A stretch of 58,435 nt of DNA, from contig JANPJS010000114.1 in NCBI GenBank assembly GCA_031425655.1, positions 1 through 58,435 on the forward strand. Reading direction: 5' to 3'. The notes under the pieces are model-generated. The model was not told the origin of the DNA and ran no database searches. It saw only the letters and a program-made list of their open reading frames with translations. Shown piece by piece: positions 56,427 to 58,435 of the stretch; within the stretch, counting starts at the first letter, position 1; the number at the start of each line of letters is the position of its first letter. A program made the translations under genes and the position numbers. This DNA is from Abditibacteriaceae bacterium (GTDB taxonomy: Bacteria > Armatimonadota > Abditibacteriia > Abditibacteriales > Abditibacteriaceae).

Positions 56427-57845
56427 TTAAATCTTCTCGTCTATGGAAACCACGCGCGTATATTTTTCGTGCCACACGCCAACCGGGTTGGCGCCGCTGG
56501 GCGGATAGCCGCCCCACGGCTCGAAAATATGCTCGATGCTCGGATCGCCATTGAAAACGATGCGCGCTGCGTTCGGCAAGTTTTGCAGCCAATAACTTTT
56601 CAGGTCGGCGCTCAGGCCCGGCGCGAGGATGCCGGCGCACAGCGGATGTTTATTGGTGAGCCACAGTCCTTCAAAAGATGCCTCCAAACCGATGTCTATC
56701 CACAGCGCCGGGCCAAATAAACCTTCGCGCACCAGCGGACTTTTCCATTCAGGTCTTTCCACCAGCGACGGCGCGAGATAGTTACCGTCGCGCGTCCCAC
56801 CCAGCAGAATTTTGCCGCCGCTATTTTGCATTTGCTCGACGCACCATTGCGCCTGCGCGTCGTCGAAAAGCGCGCCGACAGCGACGTTTTCCGTTAAAGG
56901 ATTGCCACATTTCAGCGCGGCTAACTTTTCACGCAGTGCGTCGCGCACATCGGGATAAATGGCCGGATGAATCAGCGCGCCGTTAATGGAAGTGCAAGTT
57001 TGGCCGTTATATCGCGTGGCGCCATTGGCCAAAATTTGCGCCGCGATTGCGGGTTCACATGATTCGTCAACGTAAACCAACACGTTGCCGGTGCCGTCGG
57101 CGATGGCGCCTTTACCGGCCTCAAAACACTGTTTCAAAATGCCAGCAGCGTGCCCCGAACTGCCCATATAATGCAGCAATATCGGTTGCGGCGAATCGCA
57201 AACTGCCCCCACAAACTCCTTCGCTTTGCACAAAACCACACTGACGGCATCTCCGGGCACGCCTGCCCGCGCGAACGCTTCGGCCAAAAGCAGCGCCGAG
57301 CGCGCCGATTGCAAAGGCGCTCGCAAAACCGCGCGATTGCCGGTCGCCAGCGCGCTTAAGGCGACGGTCAGGCCGACTAATAAAAACGCATTTTGCGGCA
57401 AAACGACGGCGATTGTGCCCCACGCCGTTCGCGCCAGTCGAATGCGTCGCGCTTGTCCATTCGCGTCGTAAACAACGGGCGCGGCTTCGATGCGTTCGTT
57501 TTGCTTCCATTGCGCCACGAATTGCTCGACGTAAGCGAAGCTGGCTTCGATTAATTCGTCGCAATCCGAGCCGATAAAGCCGGTTTCGAGCTGCATGGCT
57601 TCGCGCAGCGGAGCGCGCAGCGTTTGCAGCTCAGCCAGCAGCCGCGCTGTAAAATGCGCCGAATCGTCAGAGGAAATAGGCGAGAGCGGCGACATTTCGC
57701 GCAGCAGCGAGGCTAATTCGTCCCCTGATAAAAGCCGCGCGGTTACGATTTCCGAGCCGTCGCACGGCGAATATTGCGTGATTTTCTGACCTTGGCCGCC
57801 GAAGCGGTTCCACAGCAGGCTGCCGCGCAGAATCGGTTCGCTCAT
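56427..57845 (-). CDS. Aldehyde dehydrogenase superfamily protein (divergent)
   Basis: LPQNA, YMGS, NGQTCTS, EGLFGP, PWGG. Confidence 0.85.
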   Translation of the reverse strand: MSEPILRGSLLWNRFGGQGQKITQYSPCDGSEIVTARLLSGDELASLLREMSPLSPISSDDSAHFTARLLAELQTLRAPLREAMQLETGFIGSDCDELIEASFAYVEQFVAQWKQNERIEAAPVVYDANGQARRIRLARTAWGTIAVVLPQNAFLLVGLTVALSALATGNRAVLRAPLQSARSALLLAEAFARAGVPGDAVSVVLCKAKEFVGAVCDSPQPILLHYMGSSGHAAGILKQCFEAGKGAIADGTGNVLVYVDESCEPAIAAQILANGATRYNGQTCTSINGALIHPAIYPDVRDALREKLAALKCGNPLTENVAVGALFDDAQAQWCVEQMQNSGGKILLGGTRDGNYLAPSLVERPEWKSPLVREGLFGPALWIDIGLEASFEGLWLTNKHPLCAGILAPGLSADLKSYWLQNLPNAARIVFNGDPSIEHIFEPWGGYPPSGANPVGVWHEKYTRVVSIDEKI

Positions 57846-58435
57846 GGCTTGATTCCCAATAATCGGTTGACAGCGTCTGCGGGCAAACTCACTAAAAGCA
57901 CGCCGAACAATATCACAGCAATGCCCATCCACTGCGTGCGGGCGAGGCGCTCTTTCAAGAATAGCCACGCCAGAAGAATCGTGACCACGCTAAAAAGCGA
58001 AGCCAACGCGGTAACGACTGTTGTGAATCCCAATCGGTCGCCGGCGTTGAAAGAGAGCCACGCCAGAGAATCCAATAAGGCGCTGCCGATGGCCAGAGCC
58101 AGCAGCAAAGCCGGAGAAGAACGCGGCGCAGCGGAATCTTCGGCAGGCACAGCAGAAGTGAGATTGCGCTGCGCGGTGCTTAAGCCCAGTAACGCGAGTC
58201 CGGTTGCCATGACTTTCAAAACGATGAGGGGCAAAACCGGGCCGAGATGCGCTTCTGCCGGTTTCATCATCCAGAACATCACGCCGTAAGCTAACGCCGA
58301 GCCGATGGCTTCAGGCACTCCCCTGTGCCCTTTCTTGGCCTCATCCGGCTCACTCTTTTGCGGCCTTGTCGCCAGCACCAGACCGGCAAACAAAAGCGCC
58401 GCGCCCACCAAGACCGGCGGCGGCGGGCTTTCGCG
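57842..58435 (-). CDS. EamA/DMT family transporter (5' truncated by window)
   Basis: SLFSVVTILLAWLFLKERL...GIAVILFGVLLV; ATGA overlap with the ALDH start. Confidence 0.85.
   Translation of the reverse strand, partial: RESPPPPVLVGAALLFAGLVLATRPQKSEPDEAKKGHRGVPEAIGSALAYGVMFWMMKPAEAHLGPVLPLIVLKVMATGLALLGLSTAQRNLTSAVPAEDSAAPRSSPALLLALAIGSALLDSLAWLSFNAGDRLGFTTVVTALASLFSVVTILLAWLFLKERLARTQWMGIAVILFGVLLVSLPADAVNRLLGIKP

Noticed and set aside
1..58435. tRNA, rRNA or known riboswitch
   Set aside because: No cloverleaf, rRNA-like or recognisable riboswitch consensus seen by eye; a covariance-model scan would be needed to exclude them

Overview
GC-rich bacterial chromosomal window. Gene content and repeat style suggest Armatimonadota/Abditibacteriota (inference, not searched). 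The housekeeping backbone is a ferredoxin, mqnC, mqnE, fucI, pepF, an AlkA-type glycosylase, ftsK, a sulfonate-type ABC transporter, rpmB, glf, a sugar kinase and a P450. It is interrupted by AT-richer accessory islands: (i) an HldE/PfkB-like kinase-fold + AAA ATPase fusion bracketed by a duplicated fucI 3' end; (ii) a decayed two-gene module split by IS982, bracketed by a duplicated pepF 5' end; (iii) a Crp-adjacent, Sec-secreted PA14...NlpC/P60 protein with a coupled partner and a TPR gene, whose upstream gene is split by an IS5-family element; (iv) an orphan SMI1/KNR4 gene. The non-coding DNA is rich in palindromic repeats and MITEs. A 20-bp module (ACCTGCCCAGAGGGCGCCCG) occurs five times, always inside other repeats, and one element is nested four levels deep with a 10-bp target duplication. 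An unannotated 26-codon Cys-rich leader ORF precedes the ABC operon. No tRNA, rRNA or CRISPR array was seen. All family assignments come from motif recognition by eye; no database search was run.
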